Below, one piece after another: positions 12,919 through 23,939 of a stretch of DNA of 64,000 bases. The stretch comes from Ranitomeya imitator. Lineage: Eukaryota. The notes beneath the pieces are model-generated. The model saw nothing but the letters and a program-made list of their open reading frames with translations. It ran no database searches and was not told the origin of the DNA. The translations under genes and the position numbers were made by a program. The first letter of the stretch is position 1. Each line of letters begins with the position of its first letter. The stretch lies in contig NC_091283.1 of NCBI RefSeq assembly GCF_032444005.1, forward strand, positions 39,990,001-40,054,000. The letters run 5' to 3'.

Positions 12919-13700
12919 GCAGTTGGGGCTAAAATTAGGGTTAGGGCTAGGGTTAGGGTTAGGGCTAGAGTTAGGGTTAGGGTTGGGGCTAAATTTAGGG
13001 TTAGGGTTCTTTCACACTTACGTCGGTACGGAGCCGTCGCAATGCGTCGGCCCGACATACCGACGCACGTTGTGAAAATTGTGCACAACGTGGTCAGAAA
13101 TGGCGGACGCGACGTACAAAAAAACGTTACATTGAACGTTTTTTGTGCCGACGGTCCGCCAAAACACAACTGATCCAGTGCACGACGGACGCGACGTGTG
13201 GCCATCCGTCACGATCCGTCGGCAATACAAGTCTATGGGCAAAAAACGCATCCTGCGGGCACATTTCCAGGATCCGTTTTTTGTCCAAAACGACGGATTG
13301 CGACGGATGCCAAACGACGCAAGTGTGAAAGTAGCCTTAGGGTTAGGGTTGGGGCTAAAGTTAGGGTTAGATTTGGGCTTAGGGTTTGGATTAGAGTTGG
13401 TATTAGGGTTAGGGTTGGCATTAGGGTTACGCTTGGGATTAGGGTTAGGTTTGGGATTAGGGTTAAGGTTAGGGTTGTGATTAGGGGTGTATTGGGATTA
13501 GGGTTAGGTTTGAGGTTAGGGTTGAGATTAGGATTAGGGGTGTGTTGGATTTAGGGTTTTGATTAGGGTTATGGTTAGGGTTCACATTAGGGTTGTTTTG
13601 GGGTAAGGGTTGTGATTATCGTTAGGGTTAGTGATTAGGATTATGGATGAGGTTGGGATTAGGGTTAGGGGTGTGTTGGGGTTAGGGTTGGAGCTAGAAT
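12919..13700 (+). repeat. Degenerate telomere-like (TTAGGG)n array inside the piggyBac-like element
   Basis: Dozens of TTAGGG and variant hexamers, split by a MITE at 13004-13336. Confidence 0.9.
13004..13336. mobile_element. PIF/Harbinger-type MITE
   Basis: tta|GGGTTCTTTCACACTT...AAGTGTGAAAGTAGCC|tta; 3-bp TTA duplication, palindromic body. Confidence 0.8.
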
Positions 13701-13715
13701 TGGGGGGTTTCCACT

Positions 13716-15044
13716 GTTTAGTTACATCAGGGGGTCTCCAAACACGACAGCCAATTTTGCGCTCAAAAAGTCAAATGGTGCTCCCTCCCTTCTGAGCTCT
13801 GCCGTGCGCCCATACAGTGGTTACCCCCACATATGGGGCATCAGCGTACTCGGGATAAATTGGACAACAACTTTTGGGGTCCAATTTCTCCTGTTACCCT
13901 TGTGAAAATAAAAACTTGGGGGCTACAAAATCTTTTTTGTGGAAAAAAAAAATATTTTTTTATTTTCACGACTCTGCATTCTAAACTTCTGTGAAGCACT
14001 TGGGCATTCAAAGTTCTCACCACACATCTAGATAAGTTCCTTGGGGGGTCTAGTTTCCAAAATGGGGTCACTTGAGGGGGGTTACTACTGTTTAGGTACA
14101 TCAGGGGCTCTGCAAAAGCAACATAACGCCCACAGACCATTCTATCTAAGTCTGCATTCCAAAACGGCGCTGCTTCCCTTCCGAGCTCTGCCGTGCGCCC
14201 AAACAGTGGTTTACCCCCACATATGGGGCATCAGCATACTCGGGATAAATTGGACAACAACTTTTGGGGTCCAATTTCTCCTGTTACCCTTGTGAAAATA
14301 AAAACTTGGGGGCTACAAAATCTTTTTTGTGGAAAAAAAAATATTTTTTTATTTTCACGACTCTGCATTCTAAACTTCTGTGAAGCACTTGGGCATTCAA
14401 AGTTCTCACCACACATCTAGATAAGTTCCTTGGGGGGTCTAGTTTCCAAAATGGGGTCACTTGAGGGGGGTTACTACTGTTTAGGTACATCAGGGGCTCT
14501 CCAAACGCGACATGGCGTCCAATCTCAATTCCTGCCAATTCTACATTAAAAAAGTAAAACGGCGCTCCTTCACTTCCAAGCTCTGCGGTGCGCCCAAACA
14601 GTGGTTTACCCCCACATATTGGGTATCGACGTATTCAGGAGAAATCGCACAACAACTTTTGTGGTCTAATTTCTCCTGTTACCCTTGTGAAAATAAGAAT
14701 TTGTGGGCGAAAAGATCATTTTTGTGTAAACAAATGTGATTTTTTATTTTCACGGCTCTACGTTATAAACTTCTGTGAAGCTCCTAGGGGTTTAAAGTGC
14801 TCACCACACATCTAGATAAGTTCCTTAAGGGGTCTAGTTTACAAAATGGTGTCACTTGTGGGGGGTTTCCACTGTTTAGGCACATCAGGGGCTCTCTAAA
14901 CGTGACATGGCGTCCGATCTCAATTCCAGCCAATTCTGTATTGAAAAAGTCAAACGGCGCTCCTTCACTTCTAAGTTCTGCGGTGCGCCCTAACAGTGGT
15001 TTATCCCCACATATGGGGTATTGGAGTATTCAGGAGAAATCGCA
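13716..15044. repeat. About 3.5 tandem ~390-bp internal subunits of the piggyBac-like element
   Basis: cccccacatat(g/t)ggg recurs at ~13826, 14215, 14610 and 15005; first two units nearly identical. Confidence 0.85.
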
Positions 15045-15266
15045 TAACAAAATTTATGAAGACAAACGAACCAAAAAAAGGTAATAAGCCAGCTCACCAT
15101 AGACACAGGTGCACGGAACTCCGTTGCAGGAAATCGGGTGTAGTCCAGAAGAAAAAAAAAGGTTTGAGTTCCAGCTCCATAAAATGCAATCGTTTAATGA
15201 AATCCAACAATTAAAATGAGACATATAACAATGCTCCCTCCGGTGAACAACTCCAAGTGAGGAGCA

Positions 15267-15308
15267 ATAGGCGACGCGTTTCGATGCGGAGATCTTTTTC
15301 AAAGCCAT
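15267..15308 (-). ncRNA. Variant minimal type I hammerhead-like motif in Penelope pLTR (further copies 19022-19058 minus, 19071-19107 plus)
   Basis: GGC-TTTGAAAAA-GAT(CTCCGC)ATC-GAAA-CGCG-TC-GCC; stems I/II and palindromic stem III present, CUGANGA box non-canonical. Confidence 0.55.
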
Positions 15309-15446
15309 ATCTAAATCTGTTTGAGCTTCTCCTATATACTGGGAGCCACCAATCAGATTCAATTCATTCATCACATGACATGACATAGAATCCTGATAAA
15401 AACAATGTGAATCTGTACAGATACGTTTAAAATATTCACTCTATAC

Positions 15447-18035
15447 TCAACAATAATGTAACATGGTTTCTATACGTTTATTTAATCCCTTCGGATGTCT
15501 AGTATTTACATGAAAGATCCAATACGCTTCTCGTGTGAGGAGACGTCTCCTCATATCGCCACCTCTCCGGGGCATATTAACCTGTTCTATAGCCTGGACC
15601 TGAAAACTAGCGGTACTGCGTGCATGGCAAGCTACGAAATGTCTAGAAGCAGCTGATATATTCCTGTTGTTGCCGGTTATATTGTTAATGTCATATAAAT
15701 GCTCCCTAATACGGGTTTTTAATTTCCTAGATGTGCAGCCAATATATGACATATTACATTTGTTGCAATCAATTTTATATACCAAATTTGTGGAGTTACA
15801 ATTTATATACTGTTTAATATTAAAATCAATTGTACCTTCCACATTTTGAAAAGTTTTAGTTACTTTAGCATGCTTACATGTGCCACAATTGTTTGTGCCA
15901 CACCTAAAGAACCCTGTATAGTCCAACCATGTTTTTTTCTTTTCCATTATATGTGGTTGATATAGACTGGGGGAAATTTGGCTTCCTATAGTTGGAGCCC
16001 TCCTTGAGACTATATTTACACCAGATTTTAGAATATTATTAAGTTTATCATCCTCATACAGTACAGGCAAATATTTGTGAATAATATTTTTTATTTCATT
16101 ATATTGAGGACTAAATTGAAAACATATATAAGGTTTATTAACCTGATTTGGATCTGTTTTTCTCACTGCTGTTATTAGATCTTTACGATCTTTTTTTTCC
16201 ACTATTTTTTTTGCTCTATTAATTACCCAATTGGGATATTTGCGATTTTTTAGTTTATTTTCAATCTGTTTGAATTCCCCCTGAAGATCCTGCACTGATG
16301 AACAATTCCTTTTAATTCTGGTGAACTCACCCACCGGGATAGTCTTGATGGTATGTTTACTGTGGCTACTTTGTGCATGCAAAATAGTATTGCCACTAAC
16401 TGGTTTGTGATGAGTTTTAGTGATGACATTCTGCCCAACAGATCCCCTAAGATCCAAATCCAAAAAAGATATCCCAATTTGATCGGTTCTATACGTAAAC
16501 CTGATATTGTAGTGATTACTATTGAGATAGTCCACAAACTGTGGTATGGCAGATACATCACCCTTCCAAATGATGAGGGTATCATCTATGTATCTGCCAT
16601 ACCACAGGATGTCATCCACATAAGGATTCCCGACCGAAAAGACAAATTCCATCTCCCAGAATGACATGACCAGGTTAGCCAGGGAGGGTGAGTACTTAGC
16701 ACCCATGGCCACTCCCACTTTTTGTAAATAAAATTGGCCATCAAATAAAAAGAAATTGTTAGATAGCAAAAATTGAATAACAGTTAACAAATAATTGATT
16801 AGATCCATGGAAAAATTACTAAATCTGGTGAGATGATATTGTGTGGCTTCTAATGCCAACCTATGGGGGATACATGTATAGAGGGAAATAACATCACAAG
16901 ACACCCATGAGTAATTGTCCTGCCATATTTTACCATCCATACTTTTGAGTACTTCCTTGGAATCTTGTATGTATCCAGGAGTGCGCTTTACCAATGGTTG
17001 GAGACATGAATCTACCCACTGGCATAGTTTTTCGTTACACGAGCCTACTCCTGACACTATTGGTCTCATAGGAGGGATCCCCTCTTTTTTATGAATTTTG
17101 GGTACCCCATATATGATAGAAAGAATTGGATTTTCTACCATAATATATTCTATTTGTTTTTTGGTTAGTACTCCTAAATTCTGTCCCTCCTGTATGATAA
17201 GATCCCTTTTCTTTATGATTTCACTGGATGGATTGGATTTCAACTTCTCATATGTGTTAGAATCTGACAATAATTCTTTCATTTTATTATAATAATCAGA
17301 TGTATTTAACACTACTACTACTCCCCCTTTATCAGACATTTTGATGGTAATGTCCGTCATATCTTTCAATTCTCTCAGTGCATTCTTATATCTCTTAGGT
17401 ATGTTGTTATATCTCCTTCAAATGTTATTTTTATTTTCATTATACAGTTGTCTAAGTTCTTTCTCTACACTCTCTTGAAATCGATCCATGCATTCAGATC
17501 TATCTTGCACTGGATAATAGTATGGATTTTTAGTCTCAAAAGCTTGAGAAAAATTAAGTTTTTCAGAATCAGATATCCCCTCTGATTTAAGATCCTGTAG
17601 CATAACCAATGTCGTCTGATCCTTGAAGTCCATGTCCGAAAATTCATTTATTGTACCATTAGGAATAACGTTCTCCATATGTTGGCTTGCATCCTCCAGA
17701 TTCTCTCCCAAAAAATGTTTTTTAATAGTCAGATTTCTGACAAATTTATTTATGTCCATAATGGCTATGAATAGATCAAAATTTTGATCTGGCACAAAGT
17801 TTAAACCCAGGGATAATACCTGGGTCTGATCTGCCGTCAAGGGTCTGGTTGATAAATTAAGTACATTTGTATAGCTATTTATTTCTTGTAAAGCTTCTTG
17901 TTGCGTGTTGTCATCCCTCTGTCGTTTGTGCTTTCTACCCCCCCGCCTCCTGCGTTTTTTGATTGGCGGTGATTGTATTTTGGGGTAGCCGTCCTTTTTT
18001 CGCTGGTAGAAATATCTGATACATTGCTCTGGTTG
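15447..18035 (-). pseudogene. Penelope RT + GIY-YIG endonuclease frame with one in-frame TGA (17418-17420)
   Basis: DVISLYT, GVAMGAKYSP, RYIDD, VYKIDC..YIG; track ORFs 17418-17840 and 15447-17369 share one frame, which is open from ~18035 with no ATG of its own at the start. Confidence 0.85.
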
Positions 18036-18685
18036 TCAGATGAATCTGGGTCTGAAGACGTGAAATAAACATGTGATTTAGTCCTTTTTCTAAAGTTACT
18101 GCGTTTCTGGTGAGACTGACTTTGTTTTAATATGGATCTAGGAGTTCCACTGGCATCTGTCCATTTGCCCCATTCATAGACCACATTGGCTTGGTAATCA
18201 CTGGAATCTCTAGTAAATTTTCTTTTTTTTCGTTCCATAATTAAATCTTCCAATGCTGTCACCTTTTCTTTTATTTTGACCATGGATAGATCATACTGTG
18301 GATCTGTTTTATATTCTGCCAGCATTGAATTCATTTCATCCATTTCTTGTTGGATACTTTGTAGTTTCTTTTCCTCATATTTAATAATCAATTTCATGAG
18401 GTTACAGGAACAATTACTTAGGATAGAGTTCCATTCATCAGAAAACTGTTCAGAATAAATAGTTGTTGGTAGTTCCTTGATACGCAATCCCCTAGGTATC
18501 ATTTCTTTAGCCACATAATTGCTTAAGGTGGTCTGATCCCACCACACTTTTGTTTCCTGTATCATTAAAGTCTCTAGTTTACTGAGATTTTCATTAAGAA
18601 CTTTGTTCTCCATCTGGTCTATCTGCTGATTGGCAAACACCTGTGCAGCTTTTCGTAACCTGTCTCTAGACAGATCTGTAGCCAT
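17879..18685 (-). CDS. Penelope upstream ORF1 (268 aa, helical, basic/Ser-rich tail)
   Basis: ATG ~120 bp after the 5' pLTR; overlaps the RT frame by ~155 nt. Confidence 0.7.
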   Translation of the reverse strand: MATDLSRDRLRKAAQVFANQQIDQMENKVLNENLSKLETLMIQETKVWWDQTTLSNYVAKEMIPRGLRIKELPTTIYSEQFSDEWNSILSNCSCNLMKLIIKYEEKKLQSIQQEMDEMNSMLAEYKTDPQYDLSMVKIKEKVTALEDLIMERKKRKFTRDSSDYQANVVYEWGKWTDASGTPRSILKQSQSHQKRSNFRKRTKSHVYFTSSDPDSSDNQSNVSDISTSEKRTATPKYNHRQSKNAGGGGVESTNDRGMTTRNKKLYKK

Positions 18686-21021
18686 GCTACTATATAGAGT
18701 GAATAAGCGTCCTCACTTGATTAGAAGTAACACCGGTTTAGTGATAATCAACACTGAATATAAGTGTATACAGGGAGCAAAAAATGGGGGCACGGCTATC
18801 CAGCAATATGAAGACAAACGAACCAAAAAAAGGTAATAAGCCAGCTCACCATAGACACAGGTGCACGGAACTCCGTTGCAGGAAATCGGGTGTAGTCCAG
18901 AAGAAAAAAAAAGGTTTGAGTTCCAGCTCCATAAAATGCAATCGTTTAATGAAATCCAACAATTAAAATGAGACATATAATAATGCTCCCTCCGGTGAAC
19001 AACTCCAAGTGAGGAGCAATAGGCGACGCGTTTCGATGCGGAGATCTTTTTCAAAGCCAAGCCATGACATGGCTTTGAAAAAGATCCCCGCATCGAAACG
19101 CGTCGCCTATTGCTCCTCACTTGGAGTTGTTCACCGGAGGGAGCATTGTTATATGTCTCATTTTAATTGTTGGATTTCATTAAACGATTGCATTTTATGG
19201 AGCTGGAACTCAAACCTTTTTTTTTCTTCTTAACAAAATTTATGGTTACATTTCTGTTTTTACACTTGTGAAAATAAAAAAAAATGGTTGTGATTTAAAA
19301 TGTTTGCAAAAATAAGTTAAATGTTCATTTTTTCCTTCCACATTGTTTCAGTTCCTGTGAAGCACGTAAAGGGTTAATAAACGTCTTGAATGTTGTTTTG
19401 AGCACCTTGAGGGGTGTAGTTTTTAGAATGGTGTCACACTTCATTATTTTCTATCACATAGACCCCTCAAAATGACTTCAAATGTGATGTGGTCCCTAAA
19501 AAAAAAGGTATTGTAAAAATGAGAAATTGCTGGTCAACTTTTAACCCTTATAACTCCCTAACAAAAAAAAATTTGTTTCCAAAATTGTGCTGATGTAAAG
19601 TAGACATGTGGGAAATGTTATTTATTAACTATTTTTCTGTGACATATCTCTCTGATTTAAGGGCATAAAAATACAAAGTTTGAAAATTGCAAAATTTTAA
19701 ATTTTTTTGCCATATTTCCGTTTTTTCATAAATAATCGCAAGTAATATCGAAGAAATGTTACCACTAACATGACGTACAATATGTCACGAAAAAACAATC
19801 TCAGAATCATCAGGATTCGTTGAAGCGTTCCAGAGTTATAACCTCATAAAGTGACAGTGGTCAGAATTGCAAAAATTGGCCCGGTCATTAAGTACCAAAT
19901 TGGCTCTGTCACTAAGGGGTTAATACTTGGATACAGCACTCTGTGAACAGCCGGCTTCTATAGCAATGACCTTCTGTGGCTTCCCCTCCTTGTGGAGTGT
20001 GTCAGTGACGCCTTCTGGACATCTGTCAGGTCAGCAGTCTTCCCCATGATTGTGGAGCTACTGAATCAGACTAAATGGCTTTTCTAAACGCTTAGGAGCC
20101 TTTGCAGGTGTTTTTGTTAATTATTCTAATTTACTGAGATAATGACTTTTGGGTTTTCATTGGCTGTAAGCCATAATCATCAACATTAACAGAAATAAAC
20201 ACGTGAAATAGATCACTCTTTTTTGTATTGAAGAACTGAAATAAATTAATTTTTTGATGATATTTTAATTTTGTGAGATGCACCTGTAGATATATACTGC
20301 CACATAATATACAGTACCATAACACTAATGTGCAGAGCCAATACTATACAGTGTCTGCATGCCATGATGTAGTAAACGAATAGTACCTCCATGCCGTGAT
20401 TGAAATTGTTATCTGCACCCCATCTGCCCCCACACAAAAAAAAAAAGTTATCCTCTATTTATAGTTTAGGGGATAATCTGCTAATCCCTGGGACCCCCAG
20501 AAATCCTGACATCAGGGCTTTGGAGTCCCGTCCTGATTGGATCAGAGGTGGGCTCCATGCACGGCCCCCCCCCCCCCCCCTCCCACTCCATTCATTTTCT
20601 ATGGGACTGAAGAGTACAGAGCCCAGCTATTTCCATCAGCCCCATAGACAATAAGGGGAGCTGGGTGATGTTGGGGGGGGCTCTTCGTGTTAGCCTCATT
20701 CAGATATTACCATTTTTCATCAATGTACAGCATCCAATTTTCATCCATTTTTTACCCTAAGTGCGGCATCCATTTTCCCCATATGCAAAGGATCCAAGAA
20801 GTATCGTTTTTCCTTGCGGAGAGTGACATGATAAGCATGTTGAGGTGAGTAGACTTAAAGCCGCAATGCTCCTCTGGGAAATATGCAAATTGTCTCTTCA
20901 GAGAGGAAGAGGACTAGAACTCTAGTGCCACCTATTGGAAGTAGCGATCCTAACAGTCAATGTCGACTCTTTAACGAGCCTTGTCACATGACTTAGGACA
21001 AAAACCAAACCAGAATCTCAA

Positions 21022-21066
21022 TCTGCAGACACTGTGTTTCGGGGCACTGCCCCTCGTCAGTGCAAA
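21022..21066 (-). ncRNA. Type I hammerhead ribozyme
   Basis: TTTGCA-CTGACGA-GGGG(CAGTG)CCCC-GAAAC-ACAGT-GTC-TGCAGA; all core nucleotides canonical, GUC cleavage triplet. Confidence 0.85.
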
Positions 21067-21272
21067 GTGTGAGATCTGGTTTGGCTGATAGGTGGCGCTA
21101 GAGTTCTAGTCATCTTCCTCTCTGAAGAGACAATTTGCATATTTCCCAGAGGAGCATTGCGGCTTTAAGTCTCCTCACCTCGACATGCTTATCATGTCAC
21201 TCTCCACAAGGAGAAACAATACTTCTTGGATCCCGGTCAGACTCCTCTCAATCAGCCAAACCAGATCTCCAC

Positions 21273-21315
21273 TTTGCACTGACGAGGGGCAGTACCCCGA
21301 AACAGTGTCTGTAAA
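21273..21315 (+). ncRNA. Type I hammerhead ribozyme
   Basis: TTTGCA-CTGACGA-GGGG(CAGTA)CCCC-GAAAC-AGT-GTC-TGTAAA; 6-bp stem I, 4-bp stem II, short stem III. Confidence 0.85.
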
Positions 21316-23939
21316 TTGAGATTCTGGTTTGGCTATTATCCTAAGTCATGTGACAAGGCTCGTTAAAGAGTCGACATTGACTGTTAGGATTGCTACTTCC
21401 AATAGGTGGCGCTAGAGTTCTAGTCCTCTTCCTCTCTGAAGAGACAATTTGCATTCCTGATATGCAAAAAAACTCTGACCACTTTATTCACAGAGCCATT
21501 GACCACCATGGGCAAGTTTGATAAAGACTTGGATCCAAATCGGACTTGTCTCATGGGCATGAAAAATGGTCGTATGAACAGGGCCTATGGCAGTGCTGTC
21601 TACAGCATCTATATAGCAGTGACATCTCCAGTAACAGCCACAGAGCCCTGGCAGAGAGGAATAGCCGCTGCTACCTGGCATAAGGCTCCTTACCGAAGAC
21701 TGGAGGGAGTCTCTCCAGTAGAGCATACTCTGTGGCTGACGCTGCCACCTGCTGGCCATATAGTATAAGACTCCTCGTACTACATCCAGTGTATAAAAGT
21801 GCAGAATAACCAGGATCTTAAAGGGGTTTTCTCATGTTTGTTTTGCTGGTCCGTGAGGCACTGTCCGCTCCTAAAGATTTACAGTGCAGGCATACTGAAC
21901 CGGTCATCTTCAGAGCAGCGCTTGCAGACGTTTGCTCCTCAGAGCTCATACCCATCAGCATGAATAAAATTGGTCCGATGTAGCTCCTGAAAAGTCAGAT
22001 GAGTGGCATGCGATTTTCATGCGAGTGTAAGGTGGCCAGGGTGGTATTCGTAGCAACGAGCTGTAGTGTTCCCGCCCCCTGGCGCCCCACAGATGAAATG
22101 CAAAGTCCATTCTGCCACAGCACACTTACAGGCCCTGTCAGATTCCCCTCAGCAGCTGCCATGTCGGCTCCGCATCCATGAGCTCCACAAATCACTTCAG
22201 AGACAGGTCTTTATCCAACAGCTTAACTTTACTAGACCTCAGCGTATTCACCACACGAGCAGCACAATTCACACCGAGCCACTTAGCCTGCACTTTCCCT
22301 GCCTTCCGCGCAGACTCTATTCTTCTGTAACCTTTCTCTCTTTCTTCCTGGCGTTCGCTGTCATACCTCAGGTCAAACTCTGTCCTGTCTGTGCCTTCCT
22401 TTTCCCTGCCATCCGGGCAACCTCTTTGGATAGTCCGTGTCCCATCTGTGCCTTCCACGTCACCAGCTCCCTGTCAGCCCCGGGTTCCAATTGGGAAAGG
22501 CGCCGGTTACGCCATCTCAGCTGCTCCCTCCTCGGTCTTAGACCCCAGACCCTTATTGGGGATGGTCCAGTTGAGCTGGTGCCCGACTGCACTATTCTCC
22601 AGCCTGGGGCCCCTTACTGCCATAGCAGATTTATCCCCATGGCCTGTAAACTGTCTGCTTCACTGCTCCTCACATCTCGCCCTGGGCAGAGCTGCCTGTC
22701 CCACACCTCCCTGCTCTGTAACTCCTTCCATCTGCTTAACCCCTATACTGCCTGTATCAAACTAACACTTCTATCTATTCTATCCTATCTCTATAATGCA
22801 TCATGCCCCTCTCTATTTTAATCCCCTACGGTCCTAAACTGTCCCTAAGCTTACACAATACATAACAAATGCATCACATTACAGTATACACACAATACAG
22901 GAACATTAGAAAACCACACATTACATTAATAAAACATCAGGGTGCCGCACGTAAGACATGTGAACAGCGTCCAGAAGAGAGAAGGCACGTGAGGATCCCC
23001 GCCACCTCCTTACATGAGCACAAACAATCTTTCTAACCTAGCATCTGTCTGACTTCCAAATGCAATTTTAACACAAGTTTTTACATAGAGTAATTCTCTG
23101 TCGTTTAAAGATAGTTTTCAAAGTAAATATTTTTCAACATATATAATTAGTACAGTGCTTGTGTAGCTTACTACAAATAAATTACAGAAAAAAATGACGT
23201 GGAGTCACTGAAAATTTTGTTAAACAGCTGAGGAAATGCAGACAGCTGGGGGCAGATGTTTCTAGCCTGGGAAGGGAGCAATAAACAAGGAGCTTCCCAG
23301 GCTATTAATATCAGCTGACAGCTGTCTTCTTAGCCTTTACTAATTATTAATGTGTGGAGCACCTCTATAATTAATAACCAGCAAAGGCTAGGCAGATAGC
23401 TGCAGGCTGATATTAATATCCTATGAAGGGGCTATGGATATTGGCCCCCTCCTACACTAAAAACATCAGGTCTCAGCCGCGCAATCAGCTAAGATCTCCG
23501 CGAGACACTGATGCTGCACTATGACGCGCAATTCAATGTCTCTGCTGGGCAACTGGGTTATCTGTTATGAAAGGCAATTCAGAATCACAATGGACATGGA
23601 GGTCAGAGCACATACAGTGAACTGACAATAACCCAAAATAATAGAACGAGCTCTGAGACGTGGGAACTCTGCAGACCGCAATCCCTAAGCCTATCAAACC
23701 ACACTAAAGGTAGCCGTGGAGCGCTCCTGACCAGAACCTAGGCGCCTCGTCACAGCCTGAGAAACTAGCTAATCCTGAAGATAGAAAAATAAGCCTACCT
23801 TGCCTCAGAGAAATTCCCCAAAGGAAAAGGCAGCCCCCCACATATAATGACTGTGAGTAAGATGAAAACACAAACATAGAGATGAAACAGATTTAGCAAA
23901 GTGAGGCCCGACTAGCTGAACAGAACGAGGATAGGGAAG

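Larger units (their letters stand above)
15059..19230 (-). mobile_element. Penelope-like retroelement, near full length
   Basis: 14-bp TSD taacaaaatttatg (15045-15058, 19231-19244); ~250-bp direct pseudo-LTRs (15055-15308, 18808-19058); ~160-bp inverted pLTR piece (19070-19230); RT plus GIY-YIG ORF. Confidence 0.93.
11388..19919. mobile_element. Non-autonomous piggyBac-like DNA element (~3.2-kb core plus nested insertions)
   Basis: TTAA duplication at 11384-11387 and 19920-19923; TIR CCCCTTAG(C/T)GAC; no transposase ORF. Confidence 0.8.
10253..20286 (-). mobile_element. Tc1/mariner element with degenerate transposase, split at a TTAA by an 8.5-kb insertion (pieces 10253-11387 and 19920-20286)
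   Basis: TA|CAGG...CCTG|TA ends with ~180-200-bp TIRs; frameshifted transposase fragments (FQMKENF, ILQQDLAPVHTAKST) at 10703-11357; sequence reads through ccattaa|tacttggatacagc once the insertion is removed. Confidence 0.9.
20790..21459. mobile_element. Non-coding hammerhead-bearing element built from a 314-nt unit (one inverted copy plus 1.2 tandem copies)
   Basis: ataggtggcgctagagttctagtc at 21088 and 21402; 20790-21090 is the reverse complement of the unit; atatgcaaa flanks at 20781-20789 and 21460-21468. Confidence 0.75.

Noticed and set aside
12857-13554. Leu-Gly and Arg-Val repeat ORFs
   Set aside because: Frames of the TTAGGG-like array
12919-13700. Chromosome end or fusion site
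   Set aside because: Degenerate, single-orientation array internal to a TIR/TSD-bounded element
21995-22950. 251-aa ORF and overlapping frames
   Set aside because: No recognisable domain or splice pattern; probably a decayed repeat that I cannot assign
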